59,018 bases of DNA from a virus (Duplodnaviria; Caudoviricetes). The notes beneath the pieces are model-generated. The model saw only the letters and a program-made list of their open reading frames with translations. It made no database searches and had not been told where the DNA came from. Position 1 is the stretch's first letter. The number at the start of each line of letters is the position of its first letter. Below are positions 19,571 to 30,394 of the stretch, in pieces. The stretch lies in IMG/VR virus record IMGVR_UViG_3300027858_000006, positions 1 to 59,018 of that record. The stretch is one strand, 5' to 3'. The translations under genes were made by a program, and so were the position numbers.

Positions 19571-20616
19571 TCACATCCGTAAAGCATACCCATTCCTTCT
19601 GGGAACTTGTTCACCAAAGTCATGTAGACCTTCAAGAAGAACTTGTTAGAGTCGGTTGTCTGTGCAAGCCTCTGGAAAGTGATATCCTGTAATACCCGCT
19701 GTTCCAGGAAGTTTGTATTGATACACAGAATCCTTCTTGCGTCTGTGGTTGTCGGCATGAACTGACTTACAATCAATGGGAGCTCACCCACGACTGTATT
19801 TATCGAGAGTGCCTGCAAACCCCATGCAACTTTCGTATATGGATTACTATACCGAATGTTGTTGATGATCTGGTTTTTAAGATTGGAGGCCGTATACGGG
19901 TCTGTGATCAGCAGGTTCGGAGCGCCCTTATCGACAAAACAGTCATTTACCAGCGTGTCCACGTCTTCAAGTGTTGGAACTGCGCCGCTCATATTTGTGG
20001 TGTTCGCAGTCAATAGCTGAATCAGGCCGTCTGGCTGGTACTGGTTGGTGCCATTGTCGCCGTTGATCAGTGCTTCTTCAATTGTTTCATTGAGTTCCTG
20101 GGTTTTGGTCATCACGGCTCTGCGCATTGTGCTTTCAAAGTGCGCACCGCCGATCTCTGCTACACCGGTAACTCTGCCTGTGATCCTACAGTACCGTATT
20201 GTTGAAGATGCCAGTTCCTCGGTATCATCAGTTTCGGTGAGTGTCGGGTCTTCTGAACCCCATGCTGCTGCACCCCTTGCGGTCAATCTGAAGTAGTTGG
20301 CTGTAAGTCCGGTGTTGGTCACTTTGGGAATCAGGGCCTTGATTGGAGTGAATCTGCGTGTGATATCGATCACGCCAGAATCATATGCAAGTGGCATAGG
20401 CACATATCCCGCTGCTCCACTGGCCGCACCGACATTGGCCGCTTTCCCGAATGTGTTTTGTCTCCAGTCCTGTACTGCCTTGACCATATCAGGATAGTAG
20501 TCCTGTGCTGGCTGCATCGGGCCTTCGTACATTGTTTCGTTTGGAATGTCACCGAATGAAGATTTATAGACACTTGCTTCGTCTATCTCCCCGGGTGACA
20601 TGAATTGTCCGCCCAT
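19567..20616 (-). CDS. major capsid protein (HK97 fold)
   Basis: Follows protease and scaffold; AAWGSE, EEALINGD, PDGLIQ, INTVVGELPLIVSQFMP motifs; likely start ATG 20616 after GGGGGT SD. Confidence 0.9.
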   Translation of the reverse strand: MGGQFMSPGEIDEASVYKSSFGDIPNETMYEGPMQPAQDYYPDMVKAVQDWRQNTFGKAANVGAASGAAGYVPMPLAYDSGVIDITRRFTPIKALIPKVTNTGLTANYFRLTARGAAAWGSEDPTLTETDDTEELASSTIRYCRITGRVTGVAEIGGAHFESTMRRAVMTKTQELNETIEEALINGDNGTNQYQPDGLIQLLTANTTNMSGAVPTLEDVDTLVNDCFVDKGAPNLLITDPYTASNLKNQIINNIRYSNPYTKVAWGLQALSINTVVGELPLIVSQFMPTTTDARRILCINTNFLEQRVLQDITFQRLAQTTDSNKFFLKVYMTLVNKFPEGMGMLYGCD

Positions 20617-20617
20617 G

Positions 20618-21016
20618 TTATCTACCCCCTGCTTCAGGGAAAGAGGTATGGAATACACCCTTCATTACATCATACTTTCCAGGTTCGATCGTGCCGATGT
20701 CCTGTATACCTTTCAACATTGGCATGGATTCTATTGTTTCTACCTGCTTTTGAACTGTTTCCAGCTTCTTGGTTAGTTCATCTACAGTGCTCTTTTCAAC
20801 CAGGTCCGGCTTATCGGCTTCTGCCATCTTTTTGAACTCAGGGGCCATCTCATCTATCTGTCCCTTTAGTTCGGTGACGGCATCTGCCATCTTGTCAAAG
20901 TCTGCCTGCGGTACGGTAGGAACTTGTTCTTTTAACAGTCCCTCTACATTTGCCAATTTCTCAAAGAGAGCATTGTATTCATCTCTGGAAATCGGCTCTT
21001 TGTTTTCTGTTCCCAT
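20618..21016 (-). CDS. scaffold-like coiled-coil protein
   Basis: Charged heptad repeats; lies between protease and MCP. Confidence 0.65.
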   Translation of the reverse strand: MGTENKEPISRDEYNALFEKLANVEGLLKEQVPTVPQADFDKMADAVTELKGQIDEMAPEFKKMAEADKPDLVEKSTVDELTKKLETVQKQVETIESMPMLKGIQDIGTIEPGKYDVMKGVFHTSFPEAGGR

Positions 21017-21072
21017 ATGTTTATGCTCCTTGGTAGGATATCAGCCCGCACTTGCGGGTGTGAATGTGAAAT

Positions 21073-22143
21073 TCAGTCATCATAATCACCGAGCGTTTCA
21101 GTGATCTTTCTCAAACGATCGTTAACTTTCCCCATACGACTCGACAATGTGGAATAAATTGCCTTGTCTGCTTTGACTGTTTCTGTAATTTTACTCCCAG
21201 CACTTTTGTAATCCTTGTCCAGTTTCAGGTCCATCTTGATCATTTGGTCTGATATTTCGTGTTGTGCCGCATATAGCGATTTTCGTTCTAAGTTGAGTTT
21301 GTCTGTGAGTGTTTTATTTGCAGCAGTTTTGTGTCCCTTTACACCACTGCCCGGGCCACCCTTTAAGAAATCATCTGCTGCCTTACAAAAACCGTTAACT
21401 CCATTTTCATTACTTGATATATTACCACCTTCAAAACTATCTACTGCATCAATGAATTTCAGAACTGCTGGGTTTGGTTCTTTCTTATAATCCGGCTCAC
21501 CATCTGTTTCTACTTCATCATCCTGCGATATTGGGCAATTATCACCAACACAAGCAGCCTTCAATACCTGGAAAAACGAACCTTTTGCACTGGGTACATC
21601 TACAATAGAGGTTTCAAGCCATGATTTTACCACAATCTTACCGTCTTTGGATATTGTTTTGGCTTTACCGCCGATTGAAAAACCACGGAACAGACCTTCG
21701 TCTATCATACCCCTAAGCCATTCAAGTTTAGGACTTTTGCTGAGTTTGACCACAAGGAACGGTTTGGCTCCGAAGTTTGTAAGCCATTCCTTACCATCAG
21801 AATCTACATATTTCTCTACAACTTTCCCTATCGCACCTTTCCATTGTGGTGTGGTATCATGTAGGAGTTTGACTACAGGATTTTTCATATAGGTATCGAA
21901 CACGGCTTTGAGTGATTCCATATCCATGTTTTGTGAATCTTCATCCGTATCCCCATTGGACGCAAAACCAGCAAGATATAAGTGTCCGCCTTTATCTCCT
22001 ACTTTCTCAAATGTCATGTCATACTGCCAATCTATCATCTTTTCCACCTTGTTTTTGATTGAGGCACAGTACGCCTCTGGGTCATCCTTGTTTTGGTTCT
22101 TTTTCACACAATCATCGAAATTTGTATATTCTCCAAATGGCAT
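21073..22143 (-). CDS. prohead (maturation) protease, HK97/herpes family, with C-terminal extension
   Basis: GFAS..DTD, catalytic-type LLHD, GFSIGG and ETSIVDVPS motifs. Confidence 0.88.
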   Translation of the reverse strand: MPFGEYTNFDDCVKKNQNKDDPEAYCASIKNKVEKMIDWQYDMTFEKVGDKGGHLYLAGFASNGDTDEDSQNMDMESLKAVFDTYMKNPVVKLLHDTTPQWKGAIGKVVEKYVDSDGKEWLTNFGAKPFLVVKLSKSPKLEWLRGMIDEGLFRGFSIGGKAKTISKDGKIVVKSWLETSIVDVPSAKGSFFQVLKAACVGDNCPISQDDEVETDGEPDYKKEPNPAVLKFIDAVDSFEGGNISSNENGVNGFCKAADDFLKGGPGSGVKGHKTAANKTLTDKLNLERKSLYAAQHEISDQMIKMDLKLDKDYKSAGSKITETVKADKAIYSTLSSRMGKVNDRLRKITETLGDYDD

Positions 22144-22156
22144 TCAGTAGCCCCCA

Positions 22157-22816
22157 TTATCTTGCATAGTTTAACCCGCCCCTCTGTACATATTCAGGTA
22201 ATTCAAATAGTGGTATCTCAAAACAACGGTCATTGGGGCGAATATGAGGAATCATGTATTTGTCGCCTGTTTTAGGGTCGGTATACGGCTCATCAATCGC
22301 TGTAATTTGCCCGTCCATGCGTTTGCTGTCTTCGGCTGTCTTGTTGTCGAAATGTGCTTTCCATTGTCGGTATTTTGCGCCGCCTTCCTGCCAGCCGTCC
22401 CGCCTGCCTTCTTTCGTAGCAACCAATACTTGATCCCTGACTAATCGCTCAAGTTCCCATTCTTGGAATGAATCTGTGAATAGTGCTTTTACCCGTGTTT
22501 CGATCTGTGAAAGTGCTTCTTGCTCGGTCATTCCTGACTTGATAGCGGCATCCATCTCCTGGTATAGCTTGTCTGCATTGAATGCCAGATCGCCTTTTGC
22601 TCTGGCGATTGTACTCTCAGATAGTGCATGTGTGCGAAGCCCAATTGAAGCCAGTGCGTTTATATCTGGTTCGGGTGGTATTGTCATTTTCATATCGGCT
22701 GCGCCTGTGGCAAGTCCGAGTGAATATGCTTTGATTGCTGCGGATTCCATAAACTGGCTTAGTCTTGTGCCAATGATTTTATTGAGGATTGTACGGATTG
22801 TATCAAGTAGTGTCAT
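22157..22816 (-). CDS. MuF/SPP1 gp7-like minor head protein
   Basis: QWKAHFDNKT...MDGQI...PHIRPNDRC; lies between portal and protease. Confidence 0.75.
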   Translation of the reverse strand: MTLLDTIRTILNKIIGTRLSQFMESAAIKAYSLGLATGAADMKMTIPPEPDINALASIGLRTHALSESTIARAKGDLAFNADKLYQEMDAAIKSGMTEQEALSQIETRVKALFTDSFQEWELERLVRDQVLVATKEGRRDGWQEGGAKYRQWKAHFDNKTAEDSKRMDGQITAIDEPYTDPKTGDKYMIPHIRPNDRCFEIPLFELPEYVQRGGLNYAR

Positions 22817-24392
22817 ACAGTCGGTCCACCTCCTTCTTTGCCTGCTCCTGGAGTTCGGCTAACCAGTCCATAACCTCATCCATGGTTTTATCTTCAAGTT
22901 TTTTGGTCTTGATTGGCGTTTTTGGGCCGTCATATGCTGGTGGTTTAGGAACATATCCTGGTGTGCCTGAGAGTGCGCCCACATTTGCGGCTTTTAATGC
23001 TTCATCATCACCAAACAACGATTCCCAACCATTCTCTACATCTATGGCATCGTCACCGGTATCTCCATCTTCATCCTGTGATTCGCTGTCACCACTTGGA
23101 AGACTATACTTTTTATCTTCCCAGGTATCCAAGCCATCCCGTAACCGCAATTCATTTACTGAATCCAGGCCAGCCCCTAGCCTTGCGATATCGATGTCTG
23201 TTTGAACTTTCTTATCAGCAAGATCAATCTCATTAACAAACTCAAATTTCACATCGTCTGTAAAGTCAGACCAGACAACATGCCTGTTTAGCATGTCTTC
23301 AACAAGTTTTAGCCAAGGTCTTATCCCAGTAGACTTATGAATTTCCATTTGCTGGATACCTGTGGCTTTATTCAACTCTTCTGTAAATCCTAGTTCAGAA
23401 GGCGTTAAAGCAAACACCGCAAATACCATTTTAGCAAACCATCGCTGTGAATCAATAAACTGCATTTGCTGAGAAGTGAACGGCATGCTCTGAACCTTTG
23501 CACCGCCGCCGGTGACTATCCATTTGTTGTATTTTCGTGGACCCCGAAGTTTTGCTTCAAAGTATGCCTGTTGTCGTTTGAGTTCGTCCAGGTCCCGGAC
23601 GTCGGGTAAATCTATCTGGCCACCCACAAATAGCCCGTTCTTCCAGTATTTAGATTGTGCCAGCGTGGAATCCATCATATAATCTATAATCTGCTCTATG
23701 ATTTCTAAGAGTGCGATACCATATGGTCCCCTGCTCTGCGGGCTTTTCTGGAAATAGATAATTTCATCTGGACTGAATTCTATCGGTTTACCCTGTGGAT
23801 TAATCCAGGAGTACTGCCAGTATGTTTTTATCTGGCCAAACAGATTCGTATCCAGCATAAAGCTCCTACCATCCCGTGCGTATAATTGAACCGGCGGGAG
23901 TTTGGTACTTTTGAGCCTGTTGTTTTCTTTATCGTATGCGATTACTGGGTATGATTTTAGAATTACTCCAGCATCGTACTGGATGGCATCGGGTAATAAC
24001 ATTCTCAATACTTGTGAGAGTGGGTTATCCCACTGTTTACTATTAAAAAATTCTGTCGGTGTATCAATGTGTTCTTGCGGCACATCATCACCATTTTTCA
24101 CAGGTACGATGTTCCAATCTGCGCCTGCCAGCCGATCAACTATATGTTGTACGCACATGCGGACCCATACTGACTTTTCTAATGATTCCAGTCTATCAAA
24201 ATCAATATCCCGTGGTCTACCATATGGGGGAGCAAGCCAAAACGCATCTGTGAATACTGCCTTTCGCTTTATGCCGTCTTCATCGCCTGAATCCCACCAT
24301 GCACCGCCTGTGGTTTCCATGGAATCAAAGTCATACATCTTGATTCCCATTGCTGAACTGGCTTTTTGGATTAGTTTTTGGCGGAAATTCAT
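22803..24392 (-). CDS. portal protein
   Basis: WVRMCVQHIVDRLA, EIIYF...YGIALLE, FALTPSELG, SVNELRLRDGL; follows terminase. Confidence 0.9.
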   Translation of the reverse strand: MNFRQKLIQKASSAMGIKMYDFDSMETTGGAWWDSGDEDGIKRKAVFTDAFWLAPPYGRPRDIDFDRLESLEKSVWVRMCVQHIVDRLAGADWNIVPVKNGDDVPQEHIDTPTEFFNSKQWDNPLSQVLRMLLPDAIQYDAGVILKSYPVIAYDKENNRLKSTKLPPVQLYARDGRSFMLDTNLFGQIKTYWQYSWINPQGKPIEFSPDEIIYFQKSPQSRGPYGIALLEIIEQIIDYMMDSTLAQSKYWKNGLFVGGQIDLPDVRDLDELKRQQAYFEAKLRGPRKYNKWIVTGGGAKVQSMPFTSQQMQFIDSQRWFAKMVFAVFALTPSELGFTEELNKATGIQQMEIHKSTGIRPWLKLVEDMLNRHVVWSDFTDDVKFEFVNEIDLADKKVQTDIDIARLGAGLDSVNELRLRDGLDTWEDKKYSLPSGDSESQDEDGDTGDDAIDVENGWESLFGDDEALKAANVGALSGTPGYVPKPPAYDGPKTPIKTKKLEDKTMDEVMDWLAELQEQAKKEVDRLYDTT

Positions 24393-24653
24393 TTAGGCAC
24401 CGCCTTATAGTCCAAGCAGTGTGTAGTCTCATCTATTTCAATCGATTCTTTTATACACCTGAAATTAAGGTTGTGTACACAATCGGCTGCACCACAACCC
24501 ATGCGTTTAGCCATTTTGGTCATACAGACTCCTCATCTTTTTCTTGGTGCAACCACGCCATGTCAAAATGTGGGCATGACGGTGTACATTTTTTACCTAC
24601 TAAAAAACAATCATTGTCTGGTATTAACAGACCATGCCAATTTACCATTTTGG

Positions 24654-26282
24654 TCATGCTGACACCCCGATTAATTCAGTTGGGAATGTCTGAATTTTCT
24701 TATGGCAAACATCACAATATCCGTTCTTTGCAGGCATCCGGTTGGAGATTATACCATACTCTTCTCCACATTCACAGAATACATAATCGTAATCCTCTAC
24801 TGGTTTAATGGAATCCAATGGTGAATCTGAATTTATCAAACCGATTGTACTTACACTACCCAATGCAAGCCTGGTAACTGCAATTGCCACAGAATCAAGC
24901 ATATCATCATGTTCTGCAAATGGGAATTGCGCCCATTGCTGCCTAAACCCAGGCATACCTAGCATCTCAGTTTTCCTTAGAAGTACGCTTCCATTCTCAA
25001 AGTGTGGCGCTAGTGCGGTTAATTTCGTAATCTTGTCTTTGACTGTGAGTACACCAACAGCAGGAATCCATGTACTATCAGCTATGTGCTGCGCCATGGC
25101 TGCTTGATAGACATTATTCTCGATGAGTACCTCGGTAGCTCGCATCCCTGCGGCTGCCCACTCTTCATATGACGTGCAGATTTTATCATATGCTGTCGGA
25201 AAGTCCCATTTACCATGCCTAATCTCAATTATGTATAGCTTGCGCCTGTTGGCCTGATAGCCCACCAGAGCAATACATGTTTCATCAGCGTGTTCCTTTT
25301 CACTGATTGCCAGGTCTACACCTATATAGTATGTCAATTCATCCGGCAGGTCTGCCCAATCATAATACTGAAGCCAGTCAACATTCAAGTATTGGCCTTT
25401 CATGCCGGACGGGTCGTTCTGTTTTTCCCTGTCAAACATGATAGAACCGGCCTGTTGTCGATCAATCAATAGCTTCTTGATATCCCATACCTCTGGCCAA
25501 AGTACTTTTGAATCGCCAACAACTTCTACATCGCTTATGACTTCATTACCGTCTGAATCCGTGGTATAGATATATTCGTATGATTCCGGCCATTCTATAA
25601 TTGCTCTATCAATAGACCGGTGCCAGAGAGCATTATCTATCAACTGTTGATATAAGTCTGCGTAATGCTTTCTTGTACCAATTACAAACATCTGTGTGGT
25701 TGGCTCCACCAACTGCCCAATAGTCCCATAAAACCAGTTATTCATTGTTTCCATACGGGACTCTGTTTTTGTGTTTTCATCGTCGAGCATATCATCAATG
25801 ATGATTATATCAAAGTGCCCGCCAGTGATTGCTCCTAGTGCGCCAACTGCCTCAACAGTAGGGTCTTTGAGTTTACGCCCTGCGCTGTTCCTTTTACACC
25901 AGATCGCTCCGCCGTCACCTTTGTTGGTTATAAGCTCTCCATAATCATGTATAATAAGTTCATTGTGTTTGAGTTCGGTTCGGATTGTACCTAGTAGTTT
26001 GTTGGCCTGCCCTGATGTCTTACTGACCATCAAGACACGCACGTTTTGAATATTACATATTGCCCACACAGGTAAGGCATGGCAGAACACTGTAGTTTTT
26101 CCGTGGTCCCTAGGGCTCAATTGTAAGTGCCGATCTCTATCACAATATTTGTACCATCTGCCCTGGTGTGATGGAATGTTTAAGTCAAGATAATGTTTTG
26201 CAAAAAAAGCCTTTGAGTGCCTGGCAATGGTTTTTGGTGGTATGCTCTCAAGTGTTTTCAATTCTTGGGGACTTAAGGGCAT
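24654..26282 (-). CDS. terL: terminase large subunit
   Basis: Walker A PRDHGKTT, Walker B IIIIDD, RNase H-like GVDLA...DET...HDDMLDS; C-terminal Cys-rich tail. Confidence 0.95.
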   Translation of the reverse strand: MPLSPQELKTLESIPPKTIARHSKAFFAKHYLDLNIPSHQGRWYKYCDRDRHLQLSPRDHGKTTVFCHALPVWAICNIQNVRVLMVSKTSGQANKLLGTIRTELKHNELIIHDYGELITNKGDGGAIWCKRNSAGRKLKDPTVEAVGALGAITGGHFDIIIIDDMLDDENTKTESRMETMNNWFYGTIGQLVEPTTQMFVIGTRKHYADLYQQLIDNALWHRSIDRAIIEWPESYEYIYTTDSDGNEVISDVEVVGDSKVLWPEVWDIKKLLIDRQQAGSIMFDREKQNDPSGMKGQYLNVDWLQYYDWADLPDELTYYIGVDLAISEKEHADETCIALVGYQANRRKLYIIEIRHGKWDFPTAYDKICTSYEEWAAAGMRATEVLIENNVYQAAMAQHIADSTWIPAVGVLTVKDKITKLTALAPHFENGSVLLRKTEMLGMPGFRQQWAQFPFAEHDDMLDSVAIAVTRLALGSVSTIGLINSDSPLDSIKPVEDYDYVFCECGEEYGIISNRMPAKNGYCDVCHKKIQTFPTELIGVSA

Positions 26283-26396
26283 TGTGAACCTCTAACAATT
26301 ATTGAAATAATAGTTAACAATTCTAATTGTATATATTTAAAGTTTAGTTAAAATTTAAAAATACAAAAGCCTTTTATATTTTTAAAATTAATTATA

Positions 26397-28150
26397 TTGG
26401 ATATGATAAATTATGAATCCCCACTGGTGGGATATCTTTGTAACTTCTGTAACCACGCTCTTAGGTTGGTTGCAACCGATAAAGGTGATATGTGTTTTGA
26501 ATGTGATAATTGTCATTTTAATGAAGGCAGGATTAAGATCACAAATGATGTCCACAGGCAAGTAAATTGGACTAATGTGCACTTAAATTCGGTGCCCGAA
26601 GACAACGATATCAATATTGATTGTGACGCAATACTATCAAAAATAAAACAACTCGATATAGAAATAAAATATCTAAATCAACAATATGATATACATCGTG
26701 ACATACTGGTCTACTGTGACAAAACAAATGACGAATGGCTTAAAATCAATAAAACAGATTTTGATGAATTAAAAACACATATATATAATTATGGAAAAGC
26801 TGACTCTTATAAATTAGCGGTGCAAGAAGCACTCCGTATACAAAAAATTATTGAGACTTGTTTCTATGATTCCAATCAATGAAACCCAATACACCCGTAA
26901 TGAAATACCAACCAGCAAGCAAGCGGTATTTACATCTAAACTATCAAGCACCGGCCAGGGAATTGTACCCGCATCAATCAGGTCAGGAAAAGACACGGCT
27001 CCACAATTCAAACTGCCGCCTGGGTGCAAGGTCGAATTACAGATTAAGGCAGTGTACTATATGGTACGAAAGTGTTCAAAGTGTGGTGAAGATATTATAA
27101 TAGACGGACAACCGTATAATCATGAATGCAAGGAATGAACAATAATGGAAATATCTTATACATGTGAAAACTGTGGGTGTGTGGTTAAAGATGCCAACCA
27201 TACAATTAAACCACAGACAGATTTTAAGAAAAAAACATTGTTTGAAAAACAGTTGAAAGAAAACTATAAATCATTGTATGAATACACCAAGTGTAAACAT
27301 TATTTTGAATCGGTTGTTGATAATTTCAACAAAAACAAGCGAATATTTGATAAAAAATATACACTTGACGTAAATGTTTCTAATTCCGGTAATTTTTTGT
27401 CAATCATGCAAAACGGGGAAATAATAGATAATATATGGTATATTTTTAATTCAAATGTAATATTAATTGATTCTATGAATTATTTGTATATAGAGTGTCC
27501 TGTATGTAACAATAGAAAATATTTTAAACCTGTTTGTAATACAACTGATGATATAAAAGAGCCAGACCGTTCACAATCATATAATCATGAACTGGAGGAC
27601 GATTCAAAATGAATATTAAAAAACAATGCAAACAATGTGGAAGCAATATTGAAGGAAATGAAGACGAAATGCGCTTGTTGTATACAAATGATAAAAAAGA
27701 AGGTTTTTTTAAATGCCCGATGTGTGGTCACCACGAACAATTCAATATATTTATTCCTTGGTTTATGCAGAGAGATGGAGATAAAATATGAACATTCAAG
27801 AACTAATCAGCCTATTGTACACCATTGACCCAGATGAAATACTCTACTGCTTTCCGGAAACAGACGATGACGCCCAGGCACTAGCGGATGAATTCCCATC
27901 GATTCGTATAATTCAGGAACTTGGACGGTGGCTACCAGGTGGAACACGCACACCAGTTACAACCGCACTAAGTATCAAGTTTGATGTGGTGTGCATCCCA
28001 TCTGAACTATTAAATGAAATGTTGCCATTTGGCATAACCTGCTTAAAAAGAGGAGGGTATCTACTGTCTGACGGGTCAATAGAAACAAGAGGAAGTAAAC
28101 TTAAAACCGGTATTAAACAAAACGGGATATTCCAGTATAAAAATAAGTGA
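26397..28150 (+). CDS. opposite-strand accessory cassette of five ORFs (26397-26882, 26851-27138, 27145-27612, 27609-27791, 27788-28150), mostly Zn-ribbon proteins
   Basis: Overlap-coupled AT-rich ORFs with CxxC pairs between terS and terL. Confidence 0.6.
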
Positions 28151-28155
28151 TGTGG

Positions 28156-28689
28156 TTACTCAACTGCATCATCTGCTTTATCCCCTTGGTCTGGTTGTGA
28201 TGCCAGCCAGTCCCCAAACACACCTACTATTTTTTTATCGATATTAACATCATTGTGTTCAATTGTGCCCCGTAAGTCCACTTTCTGGATATCTTCACCA
28301 AGTACTTTTAATTTACTATCTATTATCTTAAGTTTCAATCCAAGCATGTCAACAAGGTCTTTTAATTTTTCAATGTGGATTATTGGAACCATTTTTCCAG
28401 ATTTATCTTTAGTAAATGCTGTGATAACTTCCTGGTCAATCATCATATCTAATTTACCAAGATCGATTAACATCTCTGCTTTTTTATCCACTACACCTGC
28501 AACATATTTTTCATCTATACCTGCAGCAATGTCATTCTCACGAATGGCACAACGCTCATCCCATTTAAAATTCTTTTTCCAAGCCTGAAGAGATTGTCTA
28601 CTCACTTTCATCTCTTTAGATATTTGTGAAATTGAACGATACTCATAATATAATTCGAATGCCTTTTCGTGTTTTTCTTGTAATTTCAT
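28156..28689 (-). CDS. terS: terminase small subunit (N-terminal HTH)
   Basis: KAFELY...SISQISKEMKVSRQSLQAWKKNFKW HTH, helical core, upstream of terL on the same strand. Confidence 0.7.
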   Translation of the reverse strand: MKLQEKHEKAFELYYEYRSISQISKEMKVSRQSLQAWKKNFKWDERCAIRENDIAAGIDEKYVAGVVDKKAEMLIDLGKLDMMIDQEVITAFTKDKSGKMVPIIHIEKLKDLVDMLGLKLKIIDSKLKVLGEDIQKVDLRGTIEHNDVNIDKKIVGVFGDWLASQPDQGDKADDAVE

Positions 28690-28806
28690 TAATATTTACA
28701 TGTGTTAAGAATATATAATGTTTTTTGACAGGGTGTAAACCTATATTCAAATAAATTTTTAAACAATGACATTAATATTAAAGTATAAATTTATGGACTG
28801 GTCATA
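28690..28806. promoter_or_regulatory. divergent late promoter region (head vs tail modules)
   Basis: AT-rich gap with TATA-like boxes between divergent terS and the first tail-module gene. Confidence 0.55.
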
Positions 28807-29436
28807 ATGAGTTATTGTACAAATGAGGATGTATATCGTAAAGCTGGAATTGATAGCACCGTAGTTTCAGAACTCGATGTAGAACGATTTAAAAAAGAAT
28901 CCGATGCTGAAATAGACGCAATGTATCAGAAATCATTTGGAAATGCTCAGTCTGAAACAGAATGGTTAGATGTCGAAAACCTGGATGAAGACGAAGACAT
29001 AGATACTATTTTTTTGGAGAAGCGCCCAGTACAGTCAATAACCTCTCTTGAATCTTATGATGTGACTGATACACTAGCTATCACTTGGACCACAGACGAT
29101 TATTGGTTAGATACGGGCATGGGGCGCATCCGGTTAAAATCTAAAACATTCTCACATCAGAATCACAGGATCAAGGCAGTGTATACGTATGGATATAGTG
29201 ATGTGCCTGTGAATATTGCTGCGCTGTCTGCTACAATTTGCGCTATGCGGGTGATGATTAATCAGATTGGCGGGACATATGATGATGTGACCTCATACTC
29301 ATTACCATCGGGTGTGACTATTGGCGTGGGCGAGCCGTACATGAACATGACCCGTGCTATTGAAAAACTCAAAAATGAAAGGGATGAACTTAAGAAAAAC
29401 ATCGGACAATTACGCACAAACCTACTGGCGGTATAA
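28807..29436 (+). CDS. head-tail adaptor protein
   Basis: MSYCTNEDV start, PVQSITSL, VYTYGYSDVPVNI motifs. Confidence 0.8.
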   Translation: MSYCTNEDVYRKAGIDSTVVSELDVERFKKESDAEIDAMYQKSFGNAQSETEWLDVENLDEDEDIDTIFLEKRPVQSITSLESYDVTDTLAITWTTDDYWLDTGMGRIRLKSKTFSHQNHRIKAVYTYGYSDVPVNIAALSATICAMRVMINQIGGTYDDVTSYSLPSGVTIGVGEPYMNMTRAIEKLKNERDELKKNIGQLRTNLLAV

Positions 29437-29844
29437 ATGACAACCAGCACCCAGATTAAAGGCCTATCAAAGCACATAACGCAGATATGGGGGCGCTGGG
29501 AGGGGATTGATATGACACTCCGTAAGGAGGTTGTTACCCTTGATCCAAACGGCCACCCCATAGGAGTTTCCCCCACAGACAGCACTATAAAGGGTGTAAT
29601 ATCTGCTGTGCCATTTGAACTGGATAACAAATTTGCAGGTCGGTTGGAAGACAGACAGATAAGGGGTGTGTTCCTATGGACCGGCGACAGCGCCACCATG
29701 CCGGAAGTTGATAACAAGATCATCGATACATCAGACGGCAGCAATGATATGTATGTCGTGGTTCGTATATTGTTCGTTGATAGGGATATCGATAACCCTG
29801 TGCTAATTACATGTGAACTAAGAGAAGTTCCATATGAGGCTTGA
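29437..29844 (+). CDS. head closure (stopper) protein
   Basis: Size, beta-rich sequence and position after the adaptor. Confidence 0.6.
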   Translation: MTTSTQIKGLSKHITQIWGRWEGIDMTLRKEVVTLDPNGHPIGVSPTDSTIKGVISAVPFELDNKFAGRLEDRQIRGVFLWTGDSATMPEVDNKIIDTSDGSNDMYVVVRILFVDRDIDNPVLITCELREVPYEA

Positions 29845-30394
29845 TATGCAACTAGAAGCTAATTTATTTGAACTTGAACAGAATGTAAAAACATACTCCC
29901 TGGGTGCACAACTACACATACAGGATTCGATGGGGCGCCTTGGTATTGAATCAGAAGCCGATGCCAAGAATACTATAAACACTTTCGTAAGCAGCAAAGG
30001 GCATAAACAAGGGGTCAATAGCGGATTGTTCCGTGATAGTGTACATTCCACACCAATTGAAGATGGTTATGGATTCAGGTTAAACGATGGTGTCCCATAC
30101 GGCATATATCATGAATTTGGAACCCAAGAACATTTTGTGCCGTTTGTGGATGCGTCAGGAAGCTTAACGGCCCTGGGTAAGTGGGCTGTCCTGCACTTTG
30201 ATGATTTAGGATTTAGTGTAATCGGGACATCAGGTAAAAAACTAAAGCGACCATCCCGGCAATCTCGGGAAGATGCTGTAAAGTCCAGGGGCGGCATGAA
30301 AGTAAGCCTGGATGAAATGGCACCGTTTAGAAAGGCACTTGAGCACGCTCAGAACATCGCACCGGACATCTTTAAAGAGGAGTTGGCTAAGTGA
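29834..30394 (+). CDS. HK97 gp10-like tail completion protein
   Basis: SGLFRDSV...VPYGIYHEFGT...PFRKAL motifs. Confidence 0.75.
   Translation: MRLDMQLEANLFELEQNVKTYSLGAQLHIQDSMGRLGIESEADAKNTINTFVSSKGHKQGVNSGLFRDSVHSTPIEDGYGFRLNDGVPYGIYHEFGTQEHFVPFVDASGSLTALGKWAVLHFDDLGFSVIGTSGKKLKRPSRQSREDAVKSRGGMKVSLDEMAPFRKALEHAQNIAPDIFKEELAK

Noticed and set aside
20617-20658. MCP start at 20658 or scaffold-MCP frameshift fusion
   Set aside because: ATG 20616 has a good SD right after the scaffold stop; no slippery heptamer seen
26283-28155. Invertible segment or IS element between terS and terL
   Set aside because: No terminal inverted repeats, target duplication or transposase/recombinase motif found
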